A DNA stretch of 64,000 bases from the human T2T-CHM13v2.0 reference genome, Homo sapiens: assembly GCF_009914755.1 (NCBI RefSeq), contig NC_060947.1, one strand, 5' to 3'. Shown here in pieces: positions 38,541-59,371 of this stretch. Position 1 is the stretch's first letter. Each line of letters opens with the position of its first letter. A model generated the notes under the pieces. That model was given only the letters and a program-made list of their open reading frames with translations. It had not been told where the DNA came from and did not search any database. The position numbers and the translations under genes are program-made.

Positions 38541-38800
38541 GGCTGGGTGCTCATGCCAGCCAAGGTGGGAGGGTCACTTGAGGCCAAGAGCTCAAGACTG
38601 GCCTGGGCAACATAGCAAAACTCTGTCTTTACTAAAAAAAATTTTTTAATTAGCTGGGCATGGTGTTGTGTCCCCTGTAGTCCCAGCTACTCAGGAGGAT
38701 GAGGTGGGAGGATTGCTTGAGCCCAGGAGATTGAAGCTGCAGTGAGCTATGATCATTGCCATCAGCCTGGGTGACACAGCAAGACCCTGTCTCTAAAAAA
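38541..38800 (+). mobile_element. AluJ with left-arm deletions
   Basis: J-type ggaggattgcttgagcccagg and gagctatgatc. Exact 15-bp TSD TAAATGGGAGAAACT at 38526-38540 and 39167-39181, enclosing the next Alu. Confidence 0.93.
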
Positions 38801-38805
38801 TATAT

Positions 38806-39143
38806 ATTCTTTTTCTTTTTCTTTTCTTTTTTCTTTTTCTTTTCTTTTTTTCTTTTTTTTTGTTGGCAGAGTCTTGCTCTGTCGCCTGGGCTAGAGTGCA
38901 GTGGCACAATCTTGGCTCATTGCCCCTCCACCTCCTGGGTTCAAGCAATTCTCAAACCTCAGCCTCCCAAGTAGCTGGGATTACAGGCATGGGCCACCAC
39001 GCCCAGCTTATTTTTGTATTTTTAGTAGAGACAGGGTTTCACCATGTTGTCCGGGATGGTCTCGAATTCCTGGCCTCAAGTGATCTGCCTGCCTCAGTCT
39101 CCCAAAGTGCTGGGATTACAGGTGTGAGCCACCACACCCAGCC
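38806..39143 (-). mobile_element. AluS (Sz-like) inserted antisense in the tail of the AluJ
   Basis: (TTTTTC)n tail at 38806-38861, then a full reverse Alu ending ...cacccagcc at 39143. Confidence 0.95.
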
Positions 39144-39196
39144 AAATAATTTTTTAAATAAATAAGTAAATGGGAGAAACTGAGGTTCAGAGAGGT

Positions 39197-39550
39197 CATA
39201 TTAGTCCATTTTCCCGCTGCTGATAAAGACATACCTGAGACTGGGAAGAAAAAGAGGTTTAATTGGGCTTACACTTCCACATGGCTGGGGAGGCCTGAGA
39301 ATCATGGAGGGAGGCAAAAGGTACTTCTTACATGGTGGCAGCAAGAGAAACTGAGGAGGAGGCAAAAACAGAAACCCCTGATAAGCCCATCAGATCTCGT
39401 GAGACTTATTCACTATCACGAGATTAGCACAAGAAAGACCAGCACCCATGATTCAATTACCTCACTCTGGGTCCTGCCCACAACATGTGGGAATTCTGGG
39501 AGATACAATTCAAGTTGAAATTTGAATGGAGACAGAGTCAAACCATATCA
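39197..39550 (-). mobile_element. THE1 (THE1C-like) MaLR solo LTR
   Basis: attagtccattttc.cgctgctgataaagacatacc...aaaccatatca, about 354 bp; 5-bp TSD GAGGT at 39192-39196 and 39551-39555. Confidence 0.93.
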
Positions 39551-40136
39551 GAGGTTAATCAAGGACTCTAACTTAAATCTCCCAACTTCCATGCCAGCCC
39601 CTTCTCCACCACATTTGTGTACAAGAGATAGCCAAAATATTTAATACCTGTATATGGCACAGGCACTGGACTGAAGACCCACCTGAGTATCGGGGCAGGG
39701 TCCTGAAGGCAGCCCAATGTGGTGGGCAATAGCTCTTTATTTTCTGGGTCAAAGAGTGTTCTGTGGGGTCCTGGGGGAGGAGCAGAGGTGGTTTCAGTGC
39801 CAGGTGGAGGGAGAGTGTTGTGGAGCTCGGTGCAACGTCTCTTGACCAACAAGTATGGAAGTATTTAAATATATTAACAACTGGGACAGTCGTCCTAGTG
39901 TGTCCCAGGTGTGCAGCAGTTGCATTGGTCTAATTTAGATAAAACTTAGGTGTACATTTTTTCTTCATTTGTATACTTTGATGTGTGAAGACTCAGAAGC
40001 TCTGGCCAAGTGATGTGCTTTAAATCTTTCAATATTTAGACATCATAAAAATGCTAAGTGCTCTGGACATTACACATAATTAAACAAAGTCCTAGGGGTC
40101 TTACAGGCTTTTAATATCAGTCATGAAAATGAACTC

Positions 40137-40452
40137 TTTTTTTTTTTTTTTTGAGATGGAGTCTCGCTCTGTTACCTGGGCTGGAGTGCAGTGGCATGAT
40201 ATCGGCTTACCATAATTTCCACCTCCCCGGTTCAAGCAATTCTCCTGTCTCAGCCTCCCAAGTAGCTGGGGCCTCCCAAGTAGATGGGACTACAGGCGTG
40301 CACCACCATGCCCAGCTAATTTTTGTATTTTTAGTAGAGATGGGGTTTCACCATGTTAGCCAGGCTGGTCTCGAACTCCTGACCTCAAGTAATCCCCCCG
40401 CCTTGGCCTCCCAAAGTGCTGGGATTACAGGCGTGAGCCACTGTGCCCAGCC
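40137..40452 (-). mobile_element. AluS with an internal 18-bp tandem duplication
   Basis: Full reverse Alu; TSD GAAAATGAA(C/A)TCTTT at 40125-40139 and 40453-40467. Confidence 0.95.
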
Positions 40453-40741
40453 GAAAATGAAATCTTTAAATTGCAAAATAGATGTAGCTACACAGAAATA
40501 TGAACTCTCTAAAAATGCATGAGCTGCTGCTTATCCATCTTCAAGGAAAAATGAGTCACAGTAATGTTTCCCTCTGTGAAACAGATTTTAAATTGTGATT
40601 TATGCAGTTTAAAAGCAGCTAAGTAGCCTGTGTCAGTAAGACTATCATGAGATGGTTTGATGGAGACTATTTTGGATAAATTACCAAATCAACTCAATTC
40701 CCCTTCCTCAGAGCCAAAGAGTAAAGAATACCCAGGAATGG

Positions 40742-40742
<1 letters not shown>

Positions 40743-40787
<45 letters not shown>

Positions 40788-40806
40788 GTGTGTGTGGGTG
40801 TGTGTG
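40743..40806. repeat. (TG)n microsatellite
   Basis: Seen directly, with GG interruptions. Confidence 0.95.
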
Positions 40807-41342
40807 AAGAGGTTCTTTGTTCTCTTGTTGTTTTCCTCTCTCCAGCCCCTCAGGAGGTGCTACAAAGACACAGCATACGTGAAAGCTAAACAACAGCATG
40901 TACATAAATATTCCTCCTCCTCCCCTGCCTAAAACCAAAACATCTATCTCACAGCTTGAAATCCCAGCATTTCATCTGGCCTTTAAAAGTCCCCAAATAA
41001 AACAAAATTATTCCTGAAAAGTCTTGAATACTTGAATCTCTTTTCCACCACAGAAAAATGGGGTTTAGTTTCCCACAAAAAAATATTTTCTCATCTATTT
41101 ATTTAACAGATCTTTCAAAAATATCAAAAGTTAAATCACACTTTGTCCCACTTTTAAAGAAATTGCCTTATTGAAAATAAAGACTATATAATAGAGATAT
41201 AGAAGAGGCTTAAATATATATTGAATGTGGGATGAATGAAAAAATTAATCAATATGTATGTATACCAATTAGACCTCAGTAAACCTGCTTAAAATTAATT
41301 CACAGGAAGTTTAATACTTGACCTGGGGACTTCTGATGCCAT

Positions 41343-42000
41343 CTGTATCATATAGAGTTCAATCAGAGAAAGAAAACCACTACATACACACGTACACACG
41401 CACAAACAGATTTAACCTTACACAATTGTGGAAGTTGGTTAAGTAGTCTCGGTAAGGTTGTCTTTGCCGCCTGTGACGCTGGAGCTTAAAGTCCACAGGG
41501 CAGGCAGTTAGGGAAGGGAAGATGGCTATGAAATGAGGGAAAGCAACAATAAGCTGGAACCCACAAGCACAAGCTGAAGACAAGGATGGGCTGAAACCTG
41601 TGACAGTTCTTGTTGATTCTGACCTTAGCATTGAAAGAAATGGCAAAAAACTGCAATTACCTTTGCACGGACCTAATAGTATGATTGTTCTGTGGAAGCT
41701 GGGGAGCCTTCATCACAGAGCTAAACCCACATACCTTACACAGGAGTAGAAGCATTGGAAAGAGGAGTCAGGGGAGAGTGGAGCAGTTAAAGCCCAGCTG
41801 CTGACTCTCTCCAACGAGGACAGTTAGCAGATCAGTGACAATGTGTGAGTTACAAAATGGCTGTTGTTCTCTTCTGCTATCCAAATCTTACATAAGAATT
41901 TATCTTCTGGCCCACTTTAACCAGAAACATATAGGAAGGGGATATCTTAAAAATGTAGTTGAGCCTTGCCAAGTTGACACATTCCAAAGCCGTCATAATA
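41343..42000 (-). mobile_element. Old ERVL/MaLR-type LTR, subfamily uncertain
   Basis: Starts tgtatc...ttcaatcagagaaagaaaaccact and ends ...gccaagttgacac, typical of reverse-oriented old LTRs. Confidence 0.5.
41630..41678. mobile_element. Half MADE1 (Hsmar1 mariner MITE)
   Basis: aatggcaaaaaactgcaattacctttgcacggacctaata matches one MADE1 terminal inverted repeat followed by TA. Confidence 0.8.
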
Positions 42001-42209
42001 GTCAATATATTGTAGGGAGAGAAGTGTTAACATATTTCTGAGAACCAGGTTTTCAAAATGTGGAACTGAAGGTATTTACTCAGCAGGGTAAAGAAGAGGG
42101 CAAGGGTGGTGCAAAAAGAGGTAACAAAGCATATACTTATTTAGTCACTCTCTCTCTCCTTTCATTTATTAAAATTGTGTATTATTTATTCTGTGTCGGT
42201 CCTGTACTA

Positions 42210-42766
42210 AATTGTATTTGCCAAAAATGGCCACAATATATTCCTTCCAGCACAATCACCTTACATTGTGATGTTAACACTCCTGTATCAAGAGATGTGG
42301 TCTACGTTTACTCCCCTTAAATGTGGACAGGACTGAGACTATGGCAGAAGTGACACTGCATGACTTCCGAGGCTAGCTCATAAATATGATTAATTTCCAC
42401 TGGGCTCTCTATCTTTCTGGAGACTCTCATCATTTACCCCATGTTACGAGGAAGCCTAACCTATATGGAGAGGTCACATGGAGATGTCCCAGTTGACATT
42501 TCCAACCATGATCTCAGCATAAATCAGCCAGCATCGATCACTAAACATGTAAGTGAGTGAGTTTTCAGATGATTTCTGCCCCCAGTCTTTAGGCATCCCT
42601 TCCCCTCCAAAATAAAGAAAACAAACAATGCCATATGGAGCAGAGAGATGAGCCATTCCACTGAGTCTTGCTCAAATTACGAATTTCTGAGCAAAATTAA
42701 TGTTGTCATTATTTCAAGCTACCAAGTTTTGGGGTAATTTGTTACACAGCCATAGTAACTGAAACA
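42210..42766 (+). mobile_element. MLT1 (F/G/H-like) solo LTR
   Basis: caaaaatggccacaa...gaagtgacactgcatgacttccgaggctag...ttttggggtaatttgttacacagccatagtaactgaaaca. Confidence 0.75.
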
Positions 42767-42920
42767 GGCTCTTTGCCAGACCAATAAAGTATATAATGGA
42801 CAATATATATTATGTTATTAAATTGTACATAATTACCTAAATCCTTTTGCTTTAATATTGGTTAAATTGGCTTGAAGTTAAGATTTTAATCAATACTTTT
42901 GTGTAGTGGGTTTTTTTAAC

Positions 42921-44252
<1,332 letters not shown>

Positions 44253-44267
44253 TTTTTTTAACTTTTT

Positions 44268-45280
44268 ATCTTGAGATAAATGTAGATTTGCATGCAGGTT
44301 TAAGAAGTAATACAGAGAGGAAGATCCCGTTTACTGTTTACCTAGTTTCCCTTAATAGTAACATCTTTCCTAACTATAGTACAATATCACAGCCAGGAAA
44401 TTGATGTTGATACAGTCTACCAAACTTATTCAGATCTCACCAGTTATACATGCAGTCATGTGTGTGTATTTAGTTCTATGCAGTTTTATCACATTTGTAG
44501 CGTTATGTGATCACCACTATAGTCAAGATAGAGAATAGCTGGGTGTGGTGGCCCATGCCTATAGTCCCACATAGGAGGCTGAGGCAGGAGGATTGCTTGA
44601 GCCCAAAAGTTTGAGTCCAGCCTGGGCAACATAGTGCGATCCTGTCTCTACAATAATATTAATAATAATGAAATTTAAAAAATACAGAACAGTCCCATTA
44701 CAAGGAACTCCTTATGCACCCTTTATAGCCACAGCCACCTCCCTTCTGCCACCACCACCCGCCAATCCCTAGCAACCATTAATCTGGTTTCCACAACTAT
44801 GATTTTGTCATTTCAAGAATGTTATATAAAATTCATTCATTATGGACTGAATAAAATCATGTGGTATGTAAACTTTTGAGATTACCTTTTTTTACTCAGC
44901 ATAATTCCCTGGAGATCCGTCTAGGTTGTTATGCATATTGATAGCATGTTCCTTTTTACAGCTGAGTAGTATTTCATGGTATGGATATACCACAGTTAAG
45001 TGTTCACTCCTTAAAGAGCATTTGGGTCATTTCCAGTTTTTGAATATTATAACATCCACGTACTTTTTTTGTGTGTGAACATACATTTTCATTTCTCTGC
45101 GATAAATGCTCAAGAGTGAAATTGCTGTGTTGTATGATAAACATGTGTTTAGTTTGTAAGAAACTGTCATGTTCTTTTTCAGAGTAGCCATACCATTTTC
45201 CATTCCCTTTAGCAATGTATGAGTGGTCCAGTGTCTCTACATTATCATTTCAATACGTGTGTAGTGATATAGCAACTTTT
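44268..45280 (-). mobile_element. Old L1MC/MB 3' end
   Basis: cctagtttcccttaatagtaacatc...ctgagtagtatttcatggtatggatataccacag; ORF 45027-45215(-) is degenerate ORF2. Confidence 0.8.
44537..44660 (+). mobile_element. FLAM-type Alu monomer
   Basis: gctgggtgtggtggcccatgcctatagtccc...gcctgggcaacatagtgcgatcctgtctcta. Confidence 0.85.
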
Positions 45281-46864
45281 TTTTGTAATATGATCTGACT
45301 AGATATGTGTAAACTCTGTTCCTTCTTGTTTTCACCAGGGATCTTATTTTCTTCAGAGCTTCTAGGCCTAGGGCCTGCTGAGAAATTTCACACCTATGTC
45401 AAATGGTGAGGGGATCTTTTGTTTTCTTAACACCACCTCGTTCCCCTTGACCATCCTTCATGAGATGGAGAAGAAAATGAGTTATGTGGGCTCCATAGCT
45501 AATGGCTGGCTTTCCTTTTTTAAAGAAACTACTCCTAATAGATATGCAGAGGCTTTGTTCCAAAAAAAATTTAAATACATTTTCTGCAAGATATTTTAAG
45601 TAAAAAAAATTCAAGATAAAGAATGATAAGGTTAGGGACAAGAGTAAATATAAGGTTTAATATATAAAATGCATGAGGTCTCTTGCAATTGAGTCACAAA
45701 TTTTCCTGTACATTCGTAGAGTTAAGAGAGAAATGTGGTGAATTATCTATTTCACAACACTCATAGGGAAATAATAAACCAGTTTCTCACAGAAACCCAG
45801 CCTGGTTCTGTGACCAGAGTGGAAATTCCCCCATGTCTACGGAGGCCACGTAGGTAATGTAAGTCAGTGAAACAGATTGGGAATAAGACAATAGGGAGTA
45901 GGGGCTGGGGCTGAGTCAAACTGGAAAGCACATGCACAGTCTAAGGGCAGCTACTACTACTCAGCCTCAGCCAATATTCCAGAGGGAAGCATAAGCCCTG
46001 TGTTGCCAGATTTATTTTGACTTTTAATATATTAGCAACTATATCAGTGAAAATAATAACTGAACAAAATGCTTCTGTAGTCCAGAGCTGGTCAATCGCT
46101 GCCAGTTTAAAACCTCTGGCCTTGAAGAGTAGGCAGAAACATCTAATGCAAGACAATCCTTATAAATATGACCTCTTTCAGCCTAGCTTTGGGTAACTAT
46201 TGAATGTCACTGAGTCGGTGATTAAGCTTTCTGACATGCACTTAGAATGAAGATTGTATGGATGGTCAGGTATGGTGTCATACACTTTCATAGTCAGCCA
46301 ACAATAGTAAAAATATGAACAAAAGACTTGAACAGGTGCTTCACGAAAGAAGATATCCAAATTGCCAATAAATATATTAAAAGCGCTCAATGTTATTAGT
46401 CATGAGGAAAATACAAATTAAAACCACAGTGAGATAAAACTACATACTCACTAAAATGATAAATATAAAAAACACCCACTCAAGTGTGGGTGAAGATGTG
46501 GAGTAATTGGAATGCTCGTACATTGCTGATAGGAATGTAAACTTGTACATCCTTGTCATTTCTAATGAAATTTAAGACATTCCTTCCTCATCGCCTAGCA
46601 ATTTCTTTTTTTCAGGTCATATCCAAATGTTTATTTAACTCATAACCTCCATAACACATTAAGTTGAACTTACAGAAACGAAAGTAAAGCATTGGAAAAT
46701 TGATCTGTGGATACAGGATATTTCTATAGGAAACAAATGTAAAACATGAGACTCAATGAGTTTGATGGTGATAATAATTAATGCTTAGGATTCAACTTAT
46801 ATTCTAATTAATCTAATTGGGTTAACTACAATCATGAAATATTCCATATTTTCCTCTTATGACT

Positions 46865-47171
46865 TTGTTTTTGTTTGTTTTTTTAAACTTTTATTTTAGG
46901 TTTAGGGGTACATGTGCAGGTTTGTTATATAGGTAAACTCATGTCATGGGAGGTTGTTGTACAGATTTTGTCACCCAGGTACTAAGCCTAGTATCCAACA
47001 GTTAGGTTTTTTGTTTTTTTGTTTGTTTTTCTCCTCTCCCTCCTCCCATCCGCCACCCTTGGGTAGGCCCCAGTGTCTGTTATTCTCCTCTATGTGTCCA
47101 TGTGTTCCTATCATTTAGCTCCCGCTTGTAAGTGAGAACATGTGGTACTTGGTTTTCTGTTCCTGCATTAG
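46865..47171 (-). mobile_element. Old L1PA (about PA13-15) 3'UTR fragment
   Basis: ggggtacatgtgcaggtttgttatataggtaaactcatgtcatggg...cccaggtactaagcctagt. Confidence 0.85.
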
Positions 47172-48075
47172 GTTTTTTTTTTTTAATTTTTAGTTTTTTT
47201 ATTTCAATAGGCTTTTGGGGGAACAGGTGGTGTTTGGTTACATGAATAAGTTCTTTAATGGTGATTTCTGAGATTTTGGTACACCCATCACCTGATCAGT
47301 GTACACTGTGCCCAATGTGTAGTATTTTATCCCTCGCCACCCCCACCCTTTCCTCCCAAGTCCTCAAAGTCCAATGTATCATTCTTATGCCTTTGTGCCC
47401 TCATAGCTTAGCTCCCACATATGAGTGAGAACATACAATGCTTGGTTTTCCATTCTTGAGTTACTTCACTTAGAATAATAGTGTCTAATTCCATCCAGGT
47501 TGCTGTGAATGCCATTATTTCATTCCTTTTTATGGCTGAGTAGTATTCCATGGTATATACACCACATTTTCTTTATCCACTCATTGATTGATGGGCATTT
47601 GGGCTGGTTCCATATTTTTGCAATTACAAATTGTGCTGCTATAAACATGCATGTGCAAGTATCTTTTTCGTATAATGACTTCTTTTCCTCTGGGTAGATA
47701 CCTAGTAGTGGGGTTGCTTGATCAAACAGTAGATCTACTTGTAGTTTCTTAAGGAATCTCCACGCTGCTTTCCATGTAGGTTATACTAGTTTACATTCCC
47801 ACCAACAGTGTAAAAGTGTTCCCTTTTCACCACATCCATGCCAACATCTATTTTTTTTTATTTTTTGATTATGGCCATTCTTGCAGGAGTGAGGTGGCAT
47901 CGCATTGTGATTTTGATTTACATTTCCCTGATAATTAGTGATGTTGAGCATTTCTTTCATATGCTTGTTGGCCATTTGTATAGAGAAAATCTTCACAGTC
48001 TATACATCTGACAAAGGACTAATATCCAAAATCTACAAAGAACTCAAATAAATCAGCAAGCAAAAAACAATCCCA
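47172..48075 (-). mobile_element. L1PB1-like, 5'-inverted
   Basis: T-tail and 3' end on minus 47172-47980, then plus-strand gagaaaatcttcacagtctatacatctgacaaagg...aacaatccca at 47981-48075. Confidence 0.88.
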
Positions 48076-48241
48076 AAACTTCTAAGTATATACTAACCAA
48101 AAGAAATGCATGTATATATCCATAGAAAGACTTGGACAAGAATGTTCAGAGCAGTTTTATTCAGACTAGCCGTTAACTGAAAACATCCCAAATGTCCATC
48201 AACAAGAAAATGAGTAAACAAAAAACTTTGGGGTATATTCA

Positions 48242-48744
<503 letters not shown>

Positions 48745-49149
48745 TTAAAACTGGTTGCCTCTGTGGGTGGGGGAACTGACTTTAATTCTGAGAGATGGGA
48801 ATGTTCTATATCTTGAGTTGGGTGGTTACATGTTGTATATTTTTGCTAAAATTTTCCAAACTGTACTCATAAAATTTGCACATTTTACTATATGTAAATT
48901 ATACCTCATTAATCTACTAAAATAATAGTTGGGTCCTGGAAAAAAAAAAGCAACTGGACAAGGACACTGCTAGCCTGGCCCAACCAAACTATCCAGCTTC
49001 ACACAGGGAAGAAATGTCAGCCTCCATGTTGGCATGTTGTACTTGAGTGCATGTGTTGGGCTAGTTCCCACACAGAAATGGCAAAACATGCTTATAGAGT
49101 GCCCGAGAGAGAAAATCCTTCTTTCCCCAGAAGTTTCCTACCATACAGA

Positions 49150-49390
49150 GAGGCAGTACATGCTAATGGCTAAGAAAATGACTTTGGAGTCAAATAACAT
49201 AGATTCAAATTTTGTCTTTCCCAAATATTAGCTTGATGACTTTGAGGAAATTGTTACTGTTCCAAGCCTCTCATTGCTCATCTATAAAATGAGTATGATA
49301 ATACCTTCTTCAAAGTATCATCATGGAGATTGTCTGCAAAGTGCTCACTTAGCACAGTAACACCCATATGGTATTCAATAAATTGTAGCA
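49150..49390 (+). mobile_element. MIR
   Basis: gactttggagtcaaa...gctcatctataaaatgagtatgataatacc. Confidence 0.65.
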
Positions 49391-49876
49391 TTTCATTCTA
49401 TATTCATATAGGGACCAAATGTCTGAACATCTACCTTTCAAAGCTTATCTAACATCTTCTCCTTAAAGAACTTTCCACTATTCTAAGACTCCTAGGAAGA
49501 GTAACATACTGAGTTCTTAAGGCCTTAGTGCACATTACTTTTAGAAAAATATGACTTCCCTCAGAGAGAAGCAAGGTGGGTAGGTCATAGGGTAATTTAC
49601 TTGACATAGATGTAAGGGAAAGCACTGCTAAAGGAAGAGGTGTCATTTAGGATTCCTGTTTGCAAGTAATTGAAATGATCTTTGGCTTAACAGAAGGCAG
49701 AGGCTGGAAAATCAGGCCTAGGCTTACAGAAACCAAGGTCACTCTGTAGGCCTAGGCCACACAATTCATACCAACTAACTTAAAGTAGGAAGTAACCAAT
49801 AAACGCATGACCTACATTTGTTTCATTGCATCAATTCCTCAAGATCCAAAGTTTGGGGAAAGAGTATCAGAGTTGT

Positions 49877-51024
49877 CTACTTTGCAGCCCCAACAGTGTG
49901 AAAGTGTTCCTATTTCTCCACATCCTCTCCAGCACCTGTTGTTTCCTGACTTTTTAATGATCGCCATTCTAACTGGTGTGAGATGATATCTCATTGTGGT
50001 TTTGATTTGCATTTCTCTGATGGCCAGTGATGATGAGCATTTTTTCATGTGTCTGTTGGCTGCATAAATGTATTCTTTTGAGAAGTGCCTGTTCTTATCC
50101 TTCGCCCACTTTTTGATGGGGTTGTTTGATTTTTTCTTGTAAATTTGTTTAAGTTCTTTGTAGATTCAGGATATTAGCCCTTTGTGAGACGGGTAGATTG
50201 CAAAAATTTTCTCCCATTCTGTAGGTTGCCTGTTCACTCTGATGGTAGTTTCTTTTGCCGTGCAGAAGCTCTTCAGTTTAATTAGATCCCATTTGTCTAT
50301 TTTGGCTTTTGTTGCCGTTGCTTTTTGTGTTTTAGTCATGAAGTCCTTGCTGTAAACTAGTTCAACCATTGTGAAAGACAGTGTGGCGATTCCTCAAGGA
50401 TCTAGAACTAGAAATACCATTTGACCCAGCCATCCCATTACTGGGTATTTACCCAAAGGATTATAAATCATGCTGCTATAAAGACACATGCACACGTATG
50501 TTTATTGTGGCACTATTCACAATAGCAAACACTTGGAACCAACCCAAATGTCCATCAATGATAGACTGGATTAAGAAATGTGGCACATATACACCATGGA
50601 ATACTATGCAGCCATAAAAAAGGATGAGTTCATGTCCTTTGTAGGGACATGGATGAAGCTGGAAACTATCATTCTGAGCAAACTATCGCTAGGACAGAAA
50701 ACCAAACACTACATGTTCTCACTCATAGGTGGGAATTGAAGAATGAGAACACCTGGACACAGGATGGGGAACGTCACACACCAGGGCCTGTTGTGGGGTG
50801 GGGGGAGGGGGGAGGGATAGCATTAGGAGATATACCTAATGTAAATGATGAGTTAATGGGTGCAGCACACCAACATGGCACAGGTATACATATGTAACAA
50901 ACCTGCACATTGTGCACATGTACCCTAGAACTTAAAGTACAATAATAAAAAAAAAGAGTTTTTATTATTAAAATTGTATGCTCTCACAGGGCAGAAACTA
51001 TAGCTATTCTTCATTTAAAAAAAA
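49877..51024 (+). mobile_element. L1PA5-like, 5'-inverted, with extra 3' sequence
   Basis: Inverted piece 49877-50350 (-), sense piece 50350-50955 with tail, second A-run 51017-51027. TSD AAAGAGTATCAGA(G/T)TTGT at 49859-49876 and 51025-51042. Confidence 0.93.
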
Positions 51025-51958
51025 AAAGAGTATCAGATTTGTGGAGCTCAGACCAACTTCTCTTTCCTGGCTCTCAAACTAGGCAAGGCTAGGAAAGACT
51101 GGATGTCTTCGGCTTCCAAAGGGTGGGGCAGGAACCTGGAATTACCTTACACCAAGACTACCCTAATCAGGGAGAGATATTCGCCAAAAGAAAATTGGGG
51201 TGCCCTGGGAAGTGGCAGTGGATACTGGGCAGCTGGAAAGTAACAAATATCTACAGGAACACAGGGCACAGTAGTGGAGGGCCAGAAAATACCATTTCCC
51301 CCTTCTTAGTGGGTTCTTAAGAGACCTTGTATTTGGAGCTCAACAGCTTTTTGGTGATCCTATTATTAAATTAATCTCAACAACAGCTCTGAGCAGTAGA
51401 GAGGGACTATCAATTTATTTCCTTATTAGTGACCTGTTCTGTCTCATTGTATTTATTTCTTAACAGTTCAATTGCTTTCTGTGGAGGTTAGCAGGAAGCC
51501 CAGAGCAAATATTTAAGAGCATCATTTGTTATATGTTACATATATTATATATTATATATACTATATTTTTACACATATAAAAGTTAAAAGATTAGGGTGA
51601 CTTCTTGCACAAATCTTAGTAAAACAACTGTACTAGCTAGTAAGTTATATGCAGTAGTCATTAAAATGTTGAAATATAGGGAAATGTAAATTTTAGCTCA
51701 TTTAAATATTTCCAGAAAAAATATTTTATTTTCATAGAAATGTTACTTTGGTGTTGCCTACTACAACCTTTTTGGGAAGAAGGAGGCCAAAATATAAATT
51801 TGAAAATTGTACTTAAAATTTATTTTAATTTTTAAATTTCCCTCAGACTTTCTTATATACATTTTTCCTCAGCTTGAGAGAAATCATGTGCTGCCATACT
51901 ACATTTTTTAATTCAATATGAACTTTATTAGAAAATATTTTTACTTCAGTTAATCTTT

Positions 51959-51995
51959 CTGTGTGTGTCAGTGTGTGTGTGTGTGTGTGTGTGTG
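51959..51995. repeat. (TG)n microsatellite
   Basis: Seen directly. Confidence 0.9.
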
Positions 51996-52693
51996 CACAT
52001 GCACGCGCTTATAAAGCCTTGGTAAATTTTGACAACTGCCTTTTCTGAGTGGTATAATATCATAGCTCTTTTGCAATCATTTTGAATTACGTGTGCATGT
52101 CAACCAATTCAAGTACACTTCTGCTCTATAGGCAACTTCATTTAGTTTAAAAAAAAACCTTGTTTTTACCATAACACTGTGCTTCACAAAAAATGATAAT
52201 AACTTTCATATTATATCACAAAACAAATAACTGAATCCTCAATGTTGAACTTTTAAAATGAATTTTCAATAGAATTCAAAACAATATCATATTTTCCCTT
52301 TGACAGAATGAACTTCTAAAACTTTTACTTTGATACAACGAATTGGGTGATAAAAATTTAGCCATCATTGGAATTAACGGATTGTTTTATTTGAAGCATT
52401 CAATATCACTGATATAAAACTGACCTCACTTAATTCTTTGCAAAGCTCTGCTAATGAAGTGAACACAATAACATCTATCAGTTCATTTTTAATATATGCA
52501 CATGAACACTTGGAATAGAAATGAATGGCATTAATTTAGGAAAATGATGATTTGATCCAAATTAAAAGTCATGCTTTACTGAGTGATATGTAAATACACC
52601 TTCTGAAGTCGTATTAATACGTGTTAAATGGCCATCTTCGGGCCCAGGCTTCTTAAATTAACTATGAAGTTTTGAAACTACGAAGTTTTCTAA

Positions 52694-52789
52694 GTGCAGC
52701 AAACCACCATGGCACATGTATACCTATGTAACAAACCTGCACCTTCTGCACATGTATCCCGGAACTTAAAGTAAAATAAATTAAAAAAG
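52694..52789 (+). mobile_element. Very short L1PA 3' terminal fragment
   Basis: gcagcaaaccaccatggcacatg...ggaacttaaagtaaaa; TSD GAAACTACGAA(G/A)TTTT at 52674-52689 and 52790-52805. Confidence 0.9.
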
Positions 52790-53000
52790 GAAACTACGAA
52801 ATTTTGAAATAAATGTTTATGTATCTTTCACAGATCTACCTCCTCAGATTTTATATAGCCAGTCAATATTATTTTGGCTCCCAGGGTGGCTGGTAAATGG
52901 CTCCTAAACTTTTATGCAAATTACATGTCCATGATCAACTTTCTTGAGAAACGGAAAGTCAGTAGTTCGGTTGTTATTAATAATCATGTGCTTCATTTTT

Positions 53001-59371
<6,371 letters not shown>

